Assembly (NCBI GenBank): GCA_038882975.1
Contig: JAVZNE010000001.1
Coordinates: forward strand, 256,001 to 320,000
Source of the DNA: Candidatus Bathyarchaeia archaeon
GTDB lineage: Archaea > Thermoproteota > Bathyarchaeia > Bathyarchaeales > Bathycorpusculaceae
Length of the DNA stretch: 64,000 bases
Direction of reading: 5' to 3'
Below the pieces are notes generated by a model, which ran no database searches, had not been told where the DNA came from, and worked only from the letters and a program-made list of their open reading frames with translations. Below are positions 46,697-57,990 of the stretch, piece after piece (position 1 is the stretch's first letter; each line of letters starts with the position of its first letter). The translations under genes were made by a program, and so were the position numbers.

Positions 46697-48023
46697 GGCT
46701 AGAACAGGTAAAACGGCTGTCAAGGAAAAAGCTGACACACTTATTGTTAATGCCAGCGAGCTTGTGACACTAGCTGGCGACAATGAGAAACCTAAAACTG
46801 GTAAAAGAATGCGGGAACTCGGAATAATCAAGAATGGATGTGTAGCCATAAAAGATGGCAAAATATTGGCTGTTGGAAAAACCCCAGAGATAAGGAAGAA
46901 TTTTAGGGCTGAAGACATAGTGAATGCCAGCGGAAAAACAGTTTTGCCAGGCTTTGTTGACCCCCATACGCATTTGGTTTTTGCTGGCTCGAGGGAAAAC
47001 GAGTTCCAAATGAGGATTGAGGGCGCCTCTTATATGGAAATTCTGAAGGCTGGCGGTGGCATATTGAAAACTGTTAGGGAAACCAGAAAAGCCAGCCTTG
47101 ACGAGCTTTTGGGCTTTGGTTTAAGCACTTTGGATGTTATGCTACGATATGGCACAACAACAGTTGAGGCGAAGAGTGGATATGGATTAACAAAAAGGGA
47201 TGAATTGAAGATTTTAGAAGTTATCAAGCGTCTAAACCAGCTTCACGCCGTTGATGTTGTCCCCACATTTATGGGAGCCCACGCCATCCCAGCCGAATAC
47301 GCAGGCAATCCAGAAGAGTATGTCAGCTTGGTAATTGACGAAATGATTCCAGCTGTTGCAGAGAAAAAGCTGGCGAAATTCTGCGACGTTTTCTGCGAGA
47401 GAGGAGTCTTCAACCTAGAACAAACAAGAAAAATTCTCATAGCAGCCAAAAAACATGGCTTAGGGCTTAAGGTGCACGCTGACGAGATGAGCCAGATGGG
47501 TGGGGCTGAACTTGCAGCCAGCCTTGAAGCAGTTTCAGCCGAGCACTTGTTGTTCGCTTCTGACGTTGGACTTAAGGCTATGGCTGAAAAGAGCGTGATC
47601 GCCGTTCTGCTTCCAGCGGCAGCCTTCAGCCTCATGACTGGGCGTTTCGCCGACGCCCGTAAAATGATTGATTATTGTGTTCCAATAGCCTTGGGAACAG
47701 ATTTTAATCCAAGCTGTTGGGTTGAAAACCAGCAGCTTGTTATAGCCTTTGCATGCCATTTTATGAGGATGACGCCAGCCGAAGCCATAACCGCAGCCAC
47801 GATTAACGCGGCGCATGCCATTGGAAGAGCCAGCGAAGTTGGCAGCTTAGAAGTTGGCAAGAAGGCAGACATAGTGATTTTGAATGTGCCCAACCATGTT
47901 TTTCTCGGCTATCGCTTCGGCGTAAACCTCGTGGATAAAGTAATAAAAAATGGTAGAACGGTTGTTGACGAGGAAACCTCCATAGCCGAGGCAGCAAAAC
48001 TCTTCAGCAAAGAATTAGAGTAA
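46689..48023 (+). CDS. hutI: Imidazolonepropionase
   Basis: [34 protein letters not shown]. Confidence 0.95.
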   Translation: MSKARTGKTAVKEKADTLIVNASELVTLAGDNEKPKTGKRMRELGIIKNGCVAIKDGKILAVGKTPEIRKNFRAEDIVNASGKTVLPGFVDPHTHLVFAGSRENEFQMRIEGASYMEILKAGGGILKTVRETRKASLDELLGFGLSTLDVMLRYGTTTVEAKSGYGLTKRDELKILEVIKRLNQLHAVDVVPTFMGAHAIPAEYAGNPEEYVSLVIDEMIPAVAEKKLAKFCDVFCERGVFNLEQTRKILIAAKKHGLGLKVHADEMSQMGGAELAASLEAVSAEHLLFASDVGLKAMAEKSVIAVLLPAAAFSLMTGRFADARKMIDYCVPIALGTDFNPSCWVENQQLVIAFACHFMRMTPAEAITAATINAAHAIGRASEVGSLEVGKKADIVILNVPNHVFLGYRFGVNLVDKVIKNGRTVVDEETSIAEAAKLFSKELE

Positions 48024-48061
48024 CCTTCAGCCACATATTTCTTGTTAAGGGTGAAAATTCC

Positions 48062-49720
48062 TTGTTGAAACTGGAAAGACCCATAAAATGCTTAACCGGA
48101 CCTGAACTGCACTGTAAGAACTGGCAGATTGAAGGCATCTTGCGCATGCTCTTCAACGTTGTCGACCCGGAAGTGGCCAAAGACCCTGAAAGACTGATTG
48201 TTTATGGCGGCACCGGCAAGGCTGCCCGCAACTGGGAGTGCTTTGAAAAAATTGTCGAAACCCTCATTGAGCTTGAGCCAGACGAAACCATGCTCGTTCA
48301 AAGCGGCAAGCCAGTAGCTGTCTTCAAAACCCACGAGTGGGCGCCCCGAGCCCTAATAGTGAATGCCATGCTTGTGCCAAAATGGGCAACATGGGACTAC
48401 TTCTACGAGCTGGAGCAGAAGGGCTTAATCATGTTTGGGCAGATGACCGCCGGCTCATGGGCTTACATTGGAACGCAAGGCATCCTTCAAGGCACGTATG
48501 AGACCATGGCGGCGGTGGCCCGCGAACACTTCGGCGGAACCCTCCGCGGCAGACTCGTCTTAACGGCTGGTTTAGGCGAGATGGGGGGAGCCCAACCCCT
48601 AGCTGTAACCATGAACGAAGGCGTCGCTCTAGTAGTGGAAATAGACAAACGCGCAATTGATAGACGCATAAGACATGGTTACTTGGAAACATGGACAGAC
48701 GATTTAGACGAAGCCGTAAAAATGGCTTTAGAAGCCAAACGTGAAGGCACCCCGAGAAGTATAGGCTTATTGGGTAACGCGGCTGAAGTGCACCCAGAAC
48801 TATTGAAGAGGGGAATAATACCAGACGTGCTAACAGACCAAACCAGCGCCCACGACCCTTTGAATGGCTATTATCCAGCTGGACTTTCAAAGGAGGAAGC
48901 CGACGAACTCCGCAAAAACAACCCAGAGGAATATCTGCGAAGAGCAAGCCAGAGCATGCGCACCCAAGTGGAAGCCATGGTCAAGATGATGGAAAAAGGC
49001 GCAATAACCTTCGAGTATGGCAATAATTTGCGCCAGCAAGCCTACAACGCCGGATTCAAAGAAGCCTTCGCTTATCCTGGCTTTGTTCAACGCTATATTA
49101 GGCCAATGTTCTGTGAAGGTCGTGGACCCTTCCGCTGGACGTCTCTAGTGGGGAGTGTTGAAGACATATACACGTTGGACGATGTTATTTTGAAGGAGTT
49201 CTCCTATAACAAGGAGCTCTGCCGGTGGATACAGAAGGCAAAGGAGCAAGTTAAGTTTCAAGGGTTGCCAGCCCGCGTCTGCTGGTTGGGCTTCGGAGAA
49301 AGAGCCCGCTTCGGAAAAATAATGAACGACATGGTGGCAAGCGGTAGGCTTTCTGGTCCCGTATGGATTGGGAGAGACCACTTGGACGGCGGAAGTGTCG
49401 CCTCGCCGAACCGTGAAACAGAGGGCATGATGGATGGAAGCGACGCCATAGCCGACTGGCCCATACTTAACGCGTTGTTGAATGCTGTTGCTGGCGCCAC
49501 ATGGGTAAGCGTCCACCATGGTGGAGGCGTCGGCATAGGCTATAGTATACATGCTGGCATGTGCTTGGTGGCTGACGGAACAAAAGAGGCTGAAAAACGC
49601 ATAGTAACCGTACTCACAACAGACCCTGGAACAGCCATAGTTAGGCACGCAGACGCTGGCTATGAAAAGGCGAAGAAAATAGCAAGGGAAAAGGGCATTA
49701 AAATGCCTATGCTGAAATAG
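48062..49720 (+). CDS. hutU: Urocanate hydratase
   Basis: [41 protein letters not shown]. Confidence 0.97.
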   Translation: MLKLERPIKCLTGPELHCKNWQIEGILRMLFNVVDPEVAKDPERLIVYGGTGKAARNWECFEKIVETLIELEPDETMLVQSGKPVAVFKTHEWAPRALIVNAMLVPKWATWDYFYELEQKGLIMFGQMTAGSWAYIGTQGILQGTYETMAAVAREHFGGTLRGRLVLTAGLGEMGGAQPLAVTMNEGVALVVEIDKRAIDRRIRHGYLETWTDDLDEAVKMALEAKREGTPRSIGLLGNAAEVHPELLKRGIIPDVLTDQTSAHDPLNGYYPAGLSKEEADELRKNNPEEYLRRASQSMRTQVEAMVKMMEKGAITFEYGNNLRQQAYNAGFKEAFAYPGFVQRYIRPMFCEGRGPFRWTSLVGSVEDIYTLDDVILKEFSYNKELCRWIQKAKEQVKFQGLPARVCWLGFGERARFGKIMNDMVASGRLSGPVWIGRDHLDGGSVASPNRETEGMMDGSDAIADWPILNALLNAVAGATWVSVHHGGGVGIGYSIHAGMCLVADGTKEAEKRIVTVLTTDPGTAIVRHADAGYEKAKKIAREKGIKMPMLK

Positions 49721-49740
49721 ACATTGGAGGGTGTTGCTTT

Positions 49741-50088
49741 ATGGCGATTTTCCTCCTAGACATGTGGACGGTTGCTAAGGGTAAGGAAGCGGAAAACGAA
49801 GATGTTGTAAAGCAGATTCTCCAATATGGAGGCAAGCATCCAGAAGCATTCAAACATGTTAAGTCTCTGCGTTGCTTCAGACAGAGTATAGGTGGAAAGC
49901 CTCCAGGAAAATTCGTCCTAGTAACAGAGTTTTCAAGCCTACATGAAATGGAGGAATTTTTCCAAAAAATTAGGGAAGACAGCGAATGGAGAAAGATAAA
50001 GCGCAAGTGGAAGGAAGTTATGGACCATACATCTTCGGAAAGCCTACTATGGTCCGACGTTTTCAGAGAACTGTGGAAAGAAAAATAG
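49741..50088 (+). CDS. Dimeric alpha-beta barrel (NIPSNAP/ABM-like) protein
   Basis: W.V..GK..E, FVLVTEFSSL.E pattern. Confidence 0.55.
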   Translation: MAIFLLDMWTVAKGKEAENEDVVKQILQYGGKHPEAFKHVKSLRCFRQSIGGKPPGKFVLVTEFSSLHEMEEFFQKIREDSEWRKIKRKWKEVMDHTSSESLLWSDVFRELWKEK

Positions 50089-50107
50089 TTATGGGAAAGT
50101 TTTGGGT

Positions 50108-51754
50108 TTACTCGAACTCTGATGTTTCTTTGGGTTTCTCTTTCTCCTTTTCCTTCTCCTTCTCGATGCCCTTCGCTGCTATTACATCGTCAATCTTCAG
50201 TATCATGTTTGCCGCTTCTGTGGCAGACTTAACAACTTGAAGCTTAACCCGTAATGGTTCTATAACGTTTAGTTCCAGCATGTCCCTAATCTTGCCAGTG
50301 AAGACGTCGACGCCGAAGGACGGCGATGAAGCGCTTTCATGGGCTGCCCTTAATGCGACCATGATGTCAACGGGGTCTAAGCCAGCATTTTCAGCCAGAG
50401 TTAGCGGTATAGACTCGACAGCATCGGCGAAAGCTTCTATGGCTAGTTGTTCGCGCCCGCCAACCTTTACGGCGTAGTCTCTGAGCTGTTTTGCCACCTC
50501 GGCTTCCGGTGCTCCGCCTCCAGGCACTATTTTTCCATCTTCAATGGCGTTTCTGACAACGCACAAGGCGTCATGCAGTGAGCGTTCAGCCTCGTCAACC
50601 ACGTGTTCCGTTCCGCCCCTAACCACTATTGTGACAGCCTTTGGATTCTTGCACTCCCTTATGTAGACGAGTTTGTCTTCGCCTATCTTGACTTCTTCGA
50701 CGAGTTTTGCCTCGCCAAGCACTTCTGGCGTTAAGTCTTTCACGCTGGCGACAATTTTGCCGCCAGTTGCCCTTGCCAGCTTCTCCATGTCGCTGCTGCT
50801 AATGTTTTTAACTGCTAGTATGCCTCTCTTCGCCAAGAAGTGCAGCGCAACATCGTCTATGCCCTTTTCGCATAAAACCACGTTGGCGCCTGCCTCTGCA
50901 ATTTTGTCCACCATCTCACGGAGCATGCGCTCCTCCTCGTCCAAGAAAAGCTTCATTTGCTCTGGGCTTTCAATGTTTATTTTTGCATCAAACTCCGTCT
51001 TCTCAATCTCCAACTTGGCATTCAAAAGCGCAATCTTCGCATTGTGAACTATCTTTGGCATCTGCGGATGAGCCACTTCCTTGTCTATAACCATGCCCTT
51101 AACAAGCTCTGTCTCTTCCAGGCTTTTGCCGTGCTTCTTCAAAATCTTAATTAAGTCAATGTCAGCCTTGAGCTTCCCATCCTTTTCCTCAGCGACTTGC
51201 TTCACGGCTTCAACAGCCAATTTTGCAAAGTGCTCTTTTGCTGCGGCGATTCCCTTGCTACCCATGGAGGTTATTGCAACGTCCATGAGCCTTTTCTCAT
51301 CGTTTGTGCTGACTGGCAGTGCCATCTTCTCCAAAACTTCGCGGGCTTTCTCGCTGGCCTTCTTGAAACCCTCAATTATTATTGTTGGGTGGATGTTCTG
51401 GTCTAGGAGCTCCTCAGCTTTTGCCAGAAGCTCTCCGGCTAAGACGGCGGCTGTGGTTGTTCCATCGCCAACCTCGTTGTCCTGGGCTTTAGCAACCTCC
51501 ACAAGCATTTTCGCCGCTGGGTGCTGAACATCAATCTCCTTCAATATTGTTGCACCGTCATTGGTTATTGTGACATCGCCGAAGCTGCTGACAAGCATCT
51601 TGTCCATGCCCTTCGGTCCTAAGGTGGTTTTAACAAGCTCCGCTATTATCTTGGCCGCCATAATGTTGTTTCTCTGAGCTTCCCTTCCAGTGGTTCTCCC
51701 GGTTCCTTCCTTCAACACCAAAACCGGGACTGTTCCAGAGGGCATGGCCGCCAT
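50108..51754 (-). CDS. ths: Thermosome (group II chaperonin) subunit, second paralog
   Basis: [29 protein letters not shown]. Confidence 0.97.
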   Translation of the reverse strand: MAAMPSGTVPVLVLKEGTGRTTGREAQRNNIMAAKIIAELVKTTLGPKGMDKMLVSSFGDVTITNDGATILKEIDVQHPAAKMLVEVAKAQDNEVGDGTTTAAVLAGELLAKAEELLDQNIHPTIIIEGFKKASEKAREVLEKMALPVSTNDEKRLMDVAITSMGSKGIAAAKEHFAKLAVEAVKQVAEEKDGKLKADIDLIKILKKHGKSLEETELVKGMVIDKEVAHPQMPKIVHNAKIALLNAKLEIEKTEFDAKINIESPEQMKLFLDEEERMLREMVDKIAEAGANVVLCEKGIDDVALHFLAKRGILAVKNISSSDMEKLARATGGKIVASVKDLTPEVLGEAKLVEEVKIGEDKLVYIRECKNPKAVTIVVRGGTEHVVDEAERSLHDALCVVRNAIEDGKIVPGGGAPEAEVAKQLRDYAVKVGGREQLAIEAFADAVESIPLTLAENAGLDPVDIMVALRAAHESASSPSFGVDVFTGKIRDMLELNVIEPLRVKLQVVKSATEAANMILKIDDVIAAKGIEKEKEKEKEKPKETSEFE

Positions 51755-51835
51755 ACACCATCACCCCCTCATCCAGTTTTTGTGTTAGTAGGAAGCAGCA
51801 AATCACCGAAAAAATTTACTTCTATATAAACTTTT

Positions 51836-52900
51836 CTAAACGCTTGCCTTGACAATTCTATAACCAGAAGCCTTCCTAAGCCTATTCATAACAGCTAAAC
51901 CTAAACCCTCGGTTGGCACACCCTCAGCTATAATTACATTAGCGCCTTCAACATCAAACTCCCTCAAAAGCCTAAAAAGATTCTTAGCAACCACGTCGAG
52001 GCGACTTCTACTTCCAAGAGACTTCACAACATCAGCCATGTAAAGGCTGGCGGTTTCATCCGTAGCTAAAACGCCAACCTTCATGTTCTGCCTTTTATAA
52101 CGATTCACCAGTTCCGCAACCTTTTTGACGGTGGCTGAAAGCTCACCTTCAACAACAATTAACTTTGCCTTTGGAGCATAGTGCCTATGCTTCATCCCAG
52201 GCGAACGCGCCTTCTCAACCATCAACTTCTTCTCCGCAACGGCAACTGGATGCAGCTCAACCTTTCCAATAACAGCCTCCAACGCCTCGCGGGGCGTCCC
52301 CCCTGGACGAAGTATCTGGGGTGGGTCAACAGTCATGTCCAAAACTGTGGATTCCACGCCAATCCTCGTTGGGCCAGCATCCAAAACAGCGTCTATCCTC
52401 CCGTCAAGGTCTTCAAGAACATGCTCAGCTGTCGTGGGACTAGGCTTCCCAGCAAGATTCGCGCTTGGAGCGGCAATGGGGCAGCCGCACTCCCTGATTA
52501 GGGCCAAGGCCACATTATGTTTTGGCATCCTAACTGCTATAGTGTCCAAGCCAGCCACAGTCACATTCGGCACAATACTGGAACGCCTAAAAACCAGTGT
52601 TAAGGGGCCGGGCCAAAAGGTTTTCATCAAAATTTCGGCTTTGGCTGGAACCTCCTTAACAAGTTTATAGACATCTTCGAATTTTCCAACATGGACTATC
52701 GGGGGGTTATCCAGCGGACGCCTCTTAGCCTTAAAAAGTGCTAAAACAGCCTTGGCATTTAATGCGTCGGCTCCTAGGCCATAAACCGTTTCTGTTGGAA
52801 AGGCTACTAATCCGCCATTTCTTATGATGCAGGCTGCTTCATGTATAATTTTGGCTTCTGGATTTTCAGGGTTAACCTTAAACACTATAGTCTTCTTCAT
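51836..52900 (-). CDS. sua5: L-threonylcarbamoyladenylate synthase Sua5
   Basis: PTETVYGL, APSAN, PGMKHRHYAP, MNRLRKAS. Confidence 0.96.
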   Translation of the reverse strand: MKKTIVFKVNPENPEAKIIHEAACIIRNGGLVAFPTETVYGLGADALNAKAVLALFKAKRRPLDNPPIVHVGKFEDVYKLVKEVPAKAEILMKTFWPGPLTLVFRRSSIVPNVTVAGLDTIAVRMPKHNVALALIRECGCPIAAPSANLAGKPSPTTAEHVLEDLDGRIDAVLDAGPTRIGVESTVLDMTVDPPQILRPGGTPREALEAVIGKVELHPVAVAEKKLMVEKARSPGMKHRHYAPKAKLIVVEGELSATVKKVAELVNRYKRQNMKVGVLATDETASLYMADVVKSLGSRSRLDVVAKNLFRLLREFDVEGANVIIAEGVPTEGLGLAVMNRLRKASGYRIVKASV

Positions 52901-52976
52901 AGGTTTCAGCCGTTTTATCGCTTTAAAATAGATTAAACTTACTTAAACACGTTTAGAAAGAGGGACGAAGCCTAAA

Positions 52977-53474
52977 TTACACTACATAGTAGTCTATGAC
53001 TTTCTTCATGCTTTTTGGTGCGGCTTGTCTCATGGCAAGTTGTTTAAGGATTTTTATCATTTGGGGTTGGAAGCGGGCTATATCCGTTAAGGTTACAAGC
53101 CCCACTAGGCGCTTTCCATCAACCACTGGCAACTTCTTAATCTTCATTTGAAACATCAATTTTACCGCTTCTTCCAGCTCCATGTTTGGCTCCACAACAA
53201 CAAGCGGGCTTGACATTACATCCTTAACCTTCGTTTTGTTTACGTCTTTGGCTTCGGCGACAACTCTTTTTAAAAGGTCTCTTTCAGTTAGTATGCCGAC
53301 GGCTTTTCCCTTCCGGACAGCTATTAGGCAGCCAATCTCAAACTTGTTCATAACCTCGGCGGCCTCTTTGACTGTTGATTCCTCGTCTATGGTTATTACT
53401 TCTCTAACCATTACATCCTCGACTTTAAGAGAGAGTGGGCTTTCCTCTTTCGTTGATTCTTCCTCGTTCTCCAC
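52977..53474 (-). CDS. CBS-pair domain protein
   Basis: GILTERDL, LPVVD...LVGLVT..DI. Confidence 0.92.
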   Translation of the reverse strand: MENEEESTKEESPLSLKVEDVMVREVITIDEESTVKEAAEVMNKFEIGCLIAVRKGKAVGILTERDLLKRVVAEAKDVNKTKVKDVMSSPLVVVEPNMELEEAVKLMFQMKIKKLPVVDGKRLVGLVTLTDIARFQPQMIKILKQLAMRQAAPKSMKKVIDYYVV

Positions 53475-53539
53475 AATGTCACCAAATTTTCTATTCCGAA
53501 ACCTACATATATAATTTGACGCGTTGGCAAACAGACGCT

Positions 53540-54880
53540 TCAGTGTCCAAGCAGTTTCCGCGTCAGCTCCTCAACACGTTTACTCGCAGGTATCCTAGCC
53601 CTTTCAAACTTCTCTTTCGGCTTTGTTAAGGGTCTGGTGGCGTCCAAACCCATTTTTGAGGTTAAACCTGTTTCCTGATTTGCCGAAGAATCCAGTGTTG
53701 AGCCTCTGGCATTCTCTATTATGAGCAGGTCTTCCGATGCTTGGAAGCGGGTGGCAATAGCCCATTCCACATCCGCCATGTCAAAAATGTCGATGTCTGA
53801 ATCCACAACAACGGCGTGTTTAAGGCTTGGATGAGCCGCAAAAGCAGCCAACAGGGCGTTTTTCCCATCACCGTCAAGTTGTTTTTCAATGGATATTATA
53901 GCATGGAGCCACCCGCCACCGCCAACTGAAAGGTTCACAGCCTTAACCCTAGGGACAACCTTTGAAACAGCCTCATAAATTGAGGCTTCATGGGGAAGCC
54001 CCATCAAAAGCCTATGCTCCGACCCAGATGGCAAAAGCGCCTGATAAATGTAGTCGTCACGGTGCATCACATTAACAATTTCAACAACAGGCTGCTTACG
54101 CTCAATATCGTATGTTCCGGTAATATCCACCAGTGGTCCTTCAGGCACCTCCTTTGAGGCTGAAATCCTCCCTTCCAAGACAAGTTCCGCGTCCGCAGGG
54201 GCATAGGCATCTACATACTTACCCCTCACAAGCTCAAGTTTCCCATCCAACAGCGTATTCGCCACATCAAACTCATTTACCCCGAAAGGCACTGGTGAGG
54301 AAGCCGCTAACATGACTGCCGGATGAACACCGATGGAAATTGCCACGTCCAAGTCAACCTCCGCTTCCCTAGCCATCTGCCACAATTTATAGAGGTGCCT
54401 AGGAACTAGGCGTATTGCCAAATGCTTCTCGTCCAAAAGCTGTAAACGGTGGATGGACACGTTCTCGACGGTTCCATCGAGGCTTTTCGCGTGAATAACA
54501 GCAGAAGTTATGTAGGGACCAGCATCCCTCTCAAAATGGGTCAAGATTGGAATCCTTAGCAGGTCTGGTTCCTCAATAACCTCTTTGACAGCGCCATCCT
54601 CGACGATTTTTGGCTTCTGCGGATGGCGCCATGCCTCCAATAGTCTTTGATAAAGCCCCTCCGGTTCAACGCCTAATGCTCCGCAGATGCGCTTCCTTGT
54701 CCCACAGACGTTTGCCACAATCTTTGTTTTGGAGCCTTCAACGTTTTCAAACATTAGAATTGGGCCGTTGTCGAAGGCTTTCATGATGTAGGAGATTTCA
54801 AAGTTTGTGGAAACCTCTTCTTTTATATGCAGTATTTCGCTCTTCTCCTCCATCTGTGCCAGAAAAGCTCTTAAGCTCAT
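53540..54880 (-). CDS. UbiD-family prFMN decarboxylase (possibly anhydromevalonate-phosphate decarboxylase)
   Basis: NVSIHR, EGP..DITGTY, VDSDIDI, GSTLD, KMGLDAT. Confidence 0.88.
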   Translation of the reverse strand: MSLRAFLAQMEEKSEILHIKEEVSTNFEISYIMKAFDNGPILMFENVEGSKTKIVANVCGTRKRICGALGVEPEGLYQRLLEAWRHPQKPKIVEDGAVKEVIEEPDLLRIPILTHFERDAGPYITSAVIHAKSLDGTVENVSIHRLQLLDEKHLAIRLVPRHLYKLWQMAREAEVDLDVAISIGVHPAVMLAASSPVPFGVNEFDVANTLLDGKLELVRGKYVDAYAPADAELVLEGRISASKEVPEGPLVDITGTYDIERKQPVVEIVNVMHRDDYIYQALLPSGSEHRLLMGLPHEASIYEAVSKVVPRVKAVNLSVGGGGWLHAIISIEKQLDGDGKNALLAAFAAHPSLKHAVVVDSDIDIFDMADVEWAIATRFQASEDLLIIENARGSTLDSSANQETGLTSKMGLDATRPLTKPKEKFERARIPASKRVEELTRKLLGH

Positions 54881-55266
54881 GTTAGGCTTCCCTCTCGGCT
54901 TTCTAAACCCTCCACCTTTGGCTCTGTTATGGTAACCCTTTCAATAAGCCTTTTGAAGATAGCTTGCGCCTGCATTTCGTCCATTTTCTCCAAGTATACT
55001 GAAACTATGGCTATTTTGCCCCTTTTTGAAGCCAAGTATTCGGCGAACATGCGGGCTGAAATAACGTTTCTATTGCCAAGAATAACTGAAGAAGAAGGCA
55101 GTCCAGGAGTGTCTGGAGGTTTAGGTATGGCTATGGCTAATGTTCCAAGCCTATCCTCATTCTCGCTTAAAAGTATCAAGCAAGAGTTTTTTGTCTCGAG
55201 GTAAACGGCGAGAAAGTGGATGTTCTGCTCAACCAACTCATCCTTAATAACCTTGGCTCGCTCCAT
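54877..55266 (-). CDS. PAC4/LpdD-like fold protein
   Basis: LGTLAIAIP...SSVILG...ARMFAEYLA...IVSVYL resembles proteasome assembly chaperone 4; 4-nt overlap with the ubiD-family gene. Confidence 0.6.
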   Translation of the reverse strand: MERAKVIKDELVEQNIHFLAVYLETKNSCLILLSENEDRLGTLAIAIPKPPDTPGLPSSSVILGNRNVISARMFAEYLASKRGKIAIVSVYLEKMDEMQAQAIFKRLIERVTITEPKVEGLESREGSLT

Positions 55267-55336
55267 CTCAAACTCTCCAATGTATTTATAGCTTTACGTA
55301 TTCACTATTTATTACTTTCAAAAAGGACAGGCGACA

Positions 55337-55993
55337 ATGGACAAGAAAAGAGCGGAAAAGATTCTTCAAATCCTAAGGGAAAATTTCACCTTGCCAAGAT
55401 GGGTTTCTGCAGACCACAACCCATTCGAAACCTTGATCATAACGATAATTTCCCAGAACACTTCCGACAAAAACACGGAAAAAGCCTTCGCAAAACTTTC
55501 AGAAGCCTTCCCAATAACCCCAGAGGCATTGGCAAACGCAGAAATAAGCGAAATTGAGGAATGCCTAAGAGTTGCTGGACTATATAGGAATAAGGCTAGA
55601 ATAATAAACCAAGTCTCAAAGATCATCGTCGAGAAATTCGGCGGAAAACTTGAAACAATTTTGGCTTTACCCTTTGAAAAGGCAAGAGAAACGCTCATGG
55701 GGCTTCCGGGTGTCGGCCCAAAAACCGCCGATGTTCTTCTGCTTTTCTCGGCAAACAAGCCAACAATACCCGTGGACACACATGTTAACCGTGTTTCAAA
55801 GAGGCTTGGACTTGCACCCGCTGATGGGAATTATGAAAGTGTTCGCGAATCTCTTCAGCAATCTTATAAACCAGAAGACTATTTTGAAGTTCATATACTC
55901 CTAATTTTGTTGGGCAGAAAATACTGTAAAGCCAGAAAACCCCTTTGCAAGCTATGCCCAGTTAAGACGTTATGCCCTTCAAGAACCGAATAA
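55337..55993 (+). CDS. nth: Endonuclease III
   Basis: HhH LPGVGPKTA, VDTHV.RV, C-x6-C-x2-C-x5-C FeS motif. Confidence 0.95.
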   Translation: MDKKRAEKILQILRENFTLPRWVSADHNPFETLIITIISQNTSDKNTEKAFAKLSEAFPITPEALANAEISEIEECLRVAGLYRNKARIINQVSKIIVEKFGGKLETILALPFEKARETLMGLPGVGPKTADVLLLFSANKPTIPVDTHVNRVSKRLGLAPADGNYESVRESLQQSYKPEDYFEVHILLILLGRKYCKARKPLCKLCPVKTLCPSRTE

Positions 55994-57292
55994 CTATAGT
56001 GGTTTGGCGCTTTCCTCTATTAGCGGAGGTGCAACTTCTTTCAGATTTTCGTCCAGCCTCACCCTTCCGAAAATGACTGTTGATATGCCACTAGAGACTG
56101 TTGTGAAGATTTTCACAACCTTTCTTCTGTAGTCGATTTCCCTTAAAATGCCTATTCCGAGAAACCTTCCCGCATCGTTGTATAGGGCTAGGAGCAAGCC
56201 CTTCTCATCGCCCTTAAATGTAACCACAACCCTCTTGCCAAGAATTTCTTCAGTGCGTTTTATGTTTTCAGGGTTTATCCATCGGTTTCTTCCAATAACC
56301 ACGTATAGCTTGTCTTTCAACTCGACCATGTACAGAGGTTTCATTCCCAGCAAATCGTAAATCTCCCCTTCCCGTCTCCTGTCCATAAAGTTTTTGCCCG
56401 GGACCAAAATTTCTTCGCTTTCAATTTTAAGCCAGCTCATAGGTATGGATTGAACCTTTGAATTTTTCAGGTATTTTATGTAGCCCAGCTCTCGGAGGCT
56501 TCTGCGTTTATCTCTGCTTCTCTGTTTTATGGTTTGGGGGGAATCCATAACCACTGTTTTGAAGCCCTTAACAGCCTCCAAAAGCGGTCTCAGTTTTTCG
56601 TTCTGCTGTATGCAGTAGATTATGCTTGGACTGATTTTCTCTATAAGCTGAACCTTATAATTTACTGCATCTTCCCCCTCCACCCAACCATCAGTATTCA
56701 CAATGACAAAATCCGGGTTACTGCCTAAAATTTCACTTTTCAGCAATGTTAACCCGTGAATTACCTTTTCTATGGCTCTGCTAGGCGATGTTACACCTAC
56801 GAAGAAGGCGTTTTTTGCCTCTAGGTTGAAGAGGTCTGTAACATGCCGCGACACAAGGGCATAAGCCAACGTGCATGGAGGCCCAATATCCGACTGTCCC
56901 AAATCGCCGTCGAGAATGGCTACTTTATGCTTTTCATTCAACAGCCTATTTACTAGGTATGTACAGAAACTTGTTTTTCCAGAATCCACTGTTCCCAAGA
57001 CTAGGGCTGTTGCTGGTCTTATCTGGATGGTTGATAACTCCTCATAGGCTTTGTCCCATGAGGGGGGAATGGTGTTTCCCTCAACTTCTTCAACGTTTGC
57101 GCTCTCGCCAAGTGATATATTGAAGGTTGCTGGTTCTTTCACATAGAAGGGCATTCTTTTTCCGTCTCTTATTACGACTTTTTCCATGTTTCGTAACGTG
57201 TAGCCGAAAACCTCAGCCTTTCCAGAAACCAGCGTGACAGACGCTGGTCCATCGACAAGCAAGGTTTTTCCAACCGCAACGTTTATGTCCAT
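55994..57292 (-). CDS. Clp1/Grc3-family polynucleotide 5'-hydroxyl kinase
   Basis: GTVDSGKT, DGDLGQSDIGPP, NTDGW, R...RR..RE lid. Confidence 0.9.
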   Translation of the reverse strand: MDINVAVGKTLLVDGPASVTLVSGKAEVFGYTLRNMEKVVIRDGKRMPFYVKEPATFNISLGESANVEEVEGNTIPPSWDKAYEELSTIQIRPATALVLGTVDSGKTSFCTYLVNRLLNEKHKVAILDGDLGQSDIGPPCTLAYALVSRHVTDLFNLEAKNAFFVGVTSPSRAIEKVIHGLTLLKSEILGSNPDFVIVNTDGWVEGEDAVNYKVQLIEKISPSIIYCIQQNEKLRPLLEAVKGFKTVVMDSPQTIKQRSRDKRRSLRELGYIKYLKNSKVQSIPMSWLKIESEEILVPGKNFMDRRREGEIYDLLGMKPLYMVELKDKLYVVIGRNRWINPENIKRTEEILGKRVVVTFKGDEKGLLLALYNDAGRFLGIGILREIDYRRKVVKIFTTVSSGISTVIFGRVRLDENLKEVAPPLIEESAKPL

Positions 57293-57930
57293 TACTTCTC
57301 TCTCCTAGCGTAAACCTGCCCGTTTCTTCTGGCAATTTTTATGGCTGAAACTATATCCCTTAAACCTCTCCTATGCTTTGAGTCGCTTATATAACGGTCT
57401 GTTCCGGCTTCGCCGACGCTTTCCAAAACTATGTTGGGAGGAAGTTTCCTATCAAGGGCTTTTAGAAGCCTCTCCTTATATTCAGGTATGCCATCGCCAA
57501 CTTTAACAGCAATCATGGACGCCCTAATATCCTTGAGACTGTTTATTATGTTCTCTATCTCGTTCAACGTTTCATTTATGCCAAAACAGTTTCCGGTCCT
57601 AATAACTTTTCCATCAGCCAGAACAGCCAAGCCTAAAACTTCGCCTGGGTCAACGCCTATAACTATCTGCTCATAAGAGTCTTTCCCCTCAATGTGTTGC
57701 AGAGTCTGGTTCACCAAAGCTTGCATGTCCATCCCATCTTTATAAACAAGAATGTTTTCGTGGTTTATGTGGGGGCGTTCTTTTTCGGTTGTTATTACAA
57801 CTTTTATCTCCAAGGGTATGGGCTCGTAGGGTGTCAAGCTTATGAAAGGAACATTGGCTTTTTTCAACTCGTTAACTATTAGGTAGTAGGCCTTCCCTGA
57901 AACTGTTGCAACCGCCACTTTAGCCTTCAT
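57292..57930 (-). CDS. RNase H-like (YqgF/RuvX-like) nuclease-fold protein
   Basis: IGVDPG..LGLAV, KVGDG, VGEAGT, DIVSAIKIA. Confidence 0.65.
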   Translation of the reverse strand: MKAKVAVATVSGKAYYLIVNELKKANVPFISLTPYEPIPLEIKVVITTEKERPHINHENILVYKDGMDMQALVNQTLQHIEGKDSYEQIVIGVDPGEVLGLAVLADGKVIRTGNCFGINETLNEIENIINSLKDIRASMIAVKVGDGIPEYKERLLKALDRKLPPNIVLESVGEAGTDRYISDSKHRRGLRDIVSAIKIARRNGQVYARREK

Positions 57931-57990
57931 ACAACCTTCCTAGGTTTAGCCCTTTTTAACAACAAATTATTATTTCGAACCTTATATCTA

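Noticed and set aside
50128-50165. CT-rich microsatellite
   Set aside because: It encodes the EKEKEKEK tail of the thermosome subunit and is not an independent repeat.
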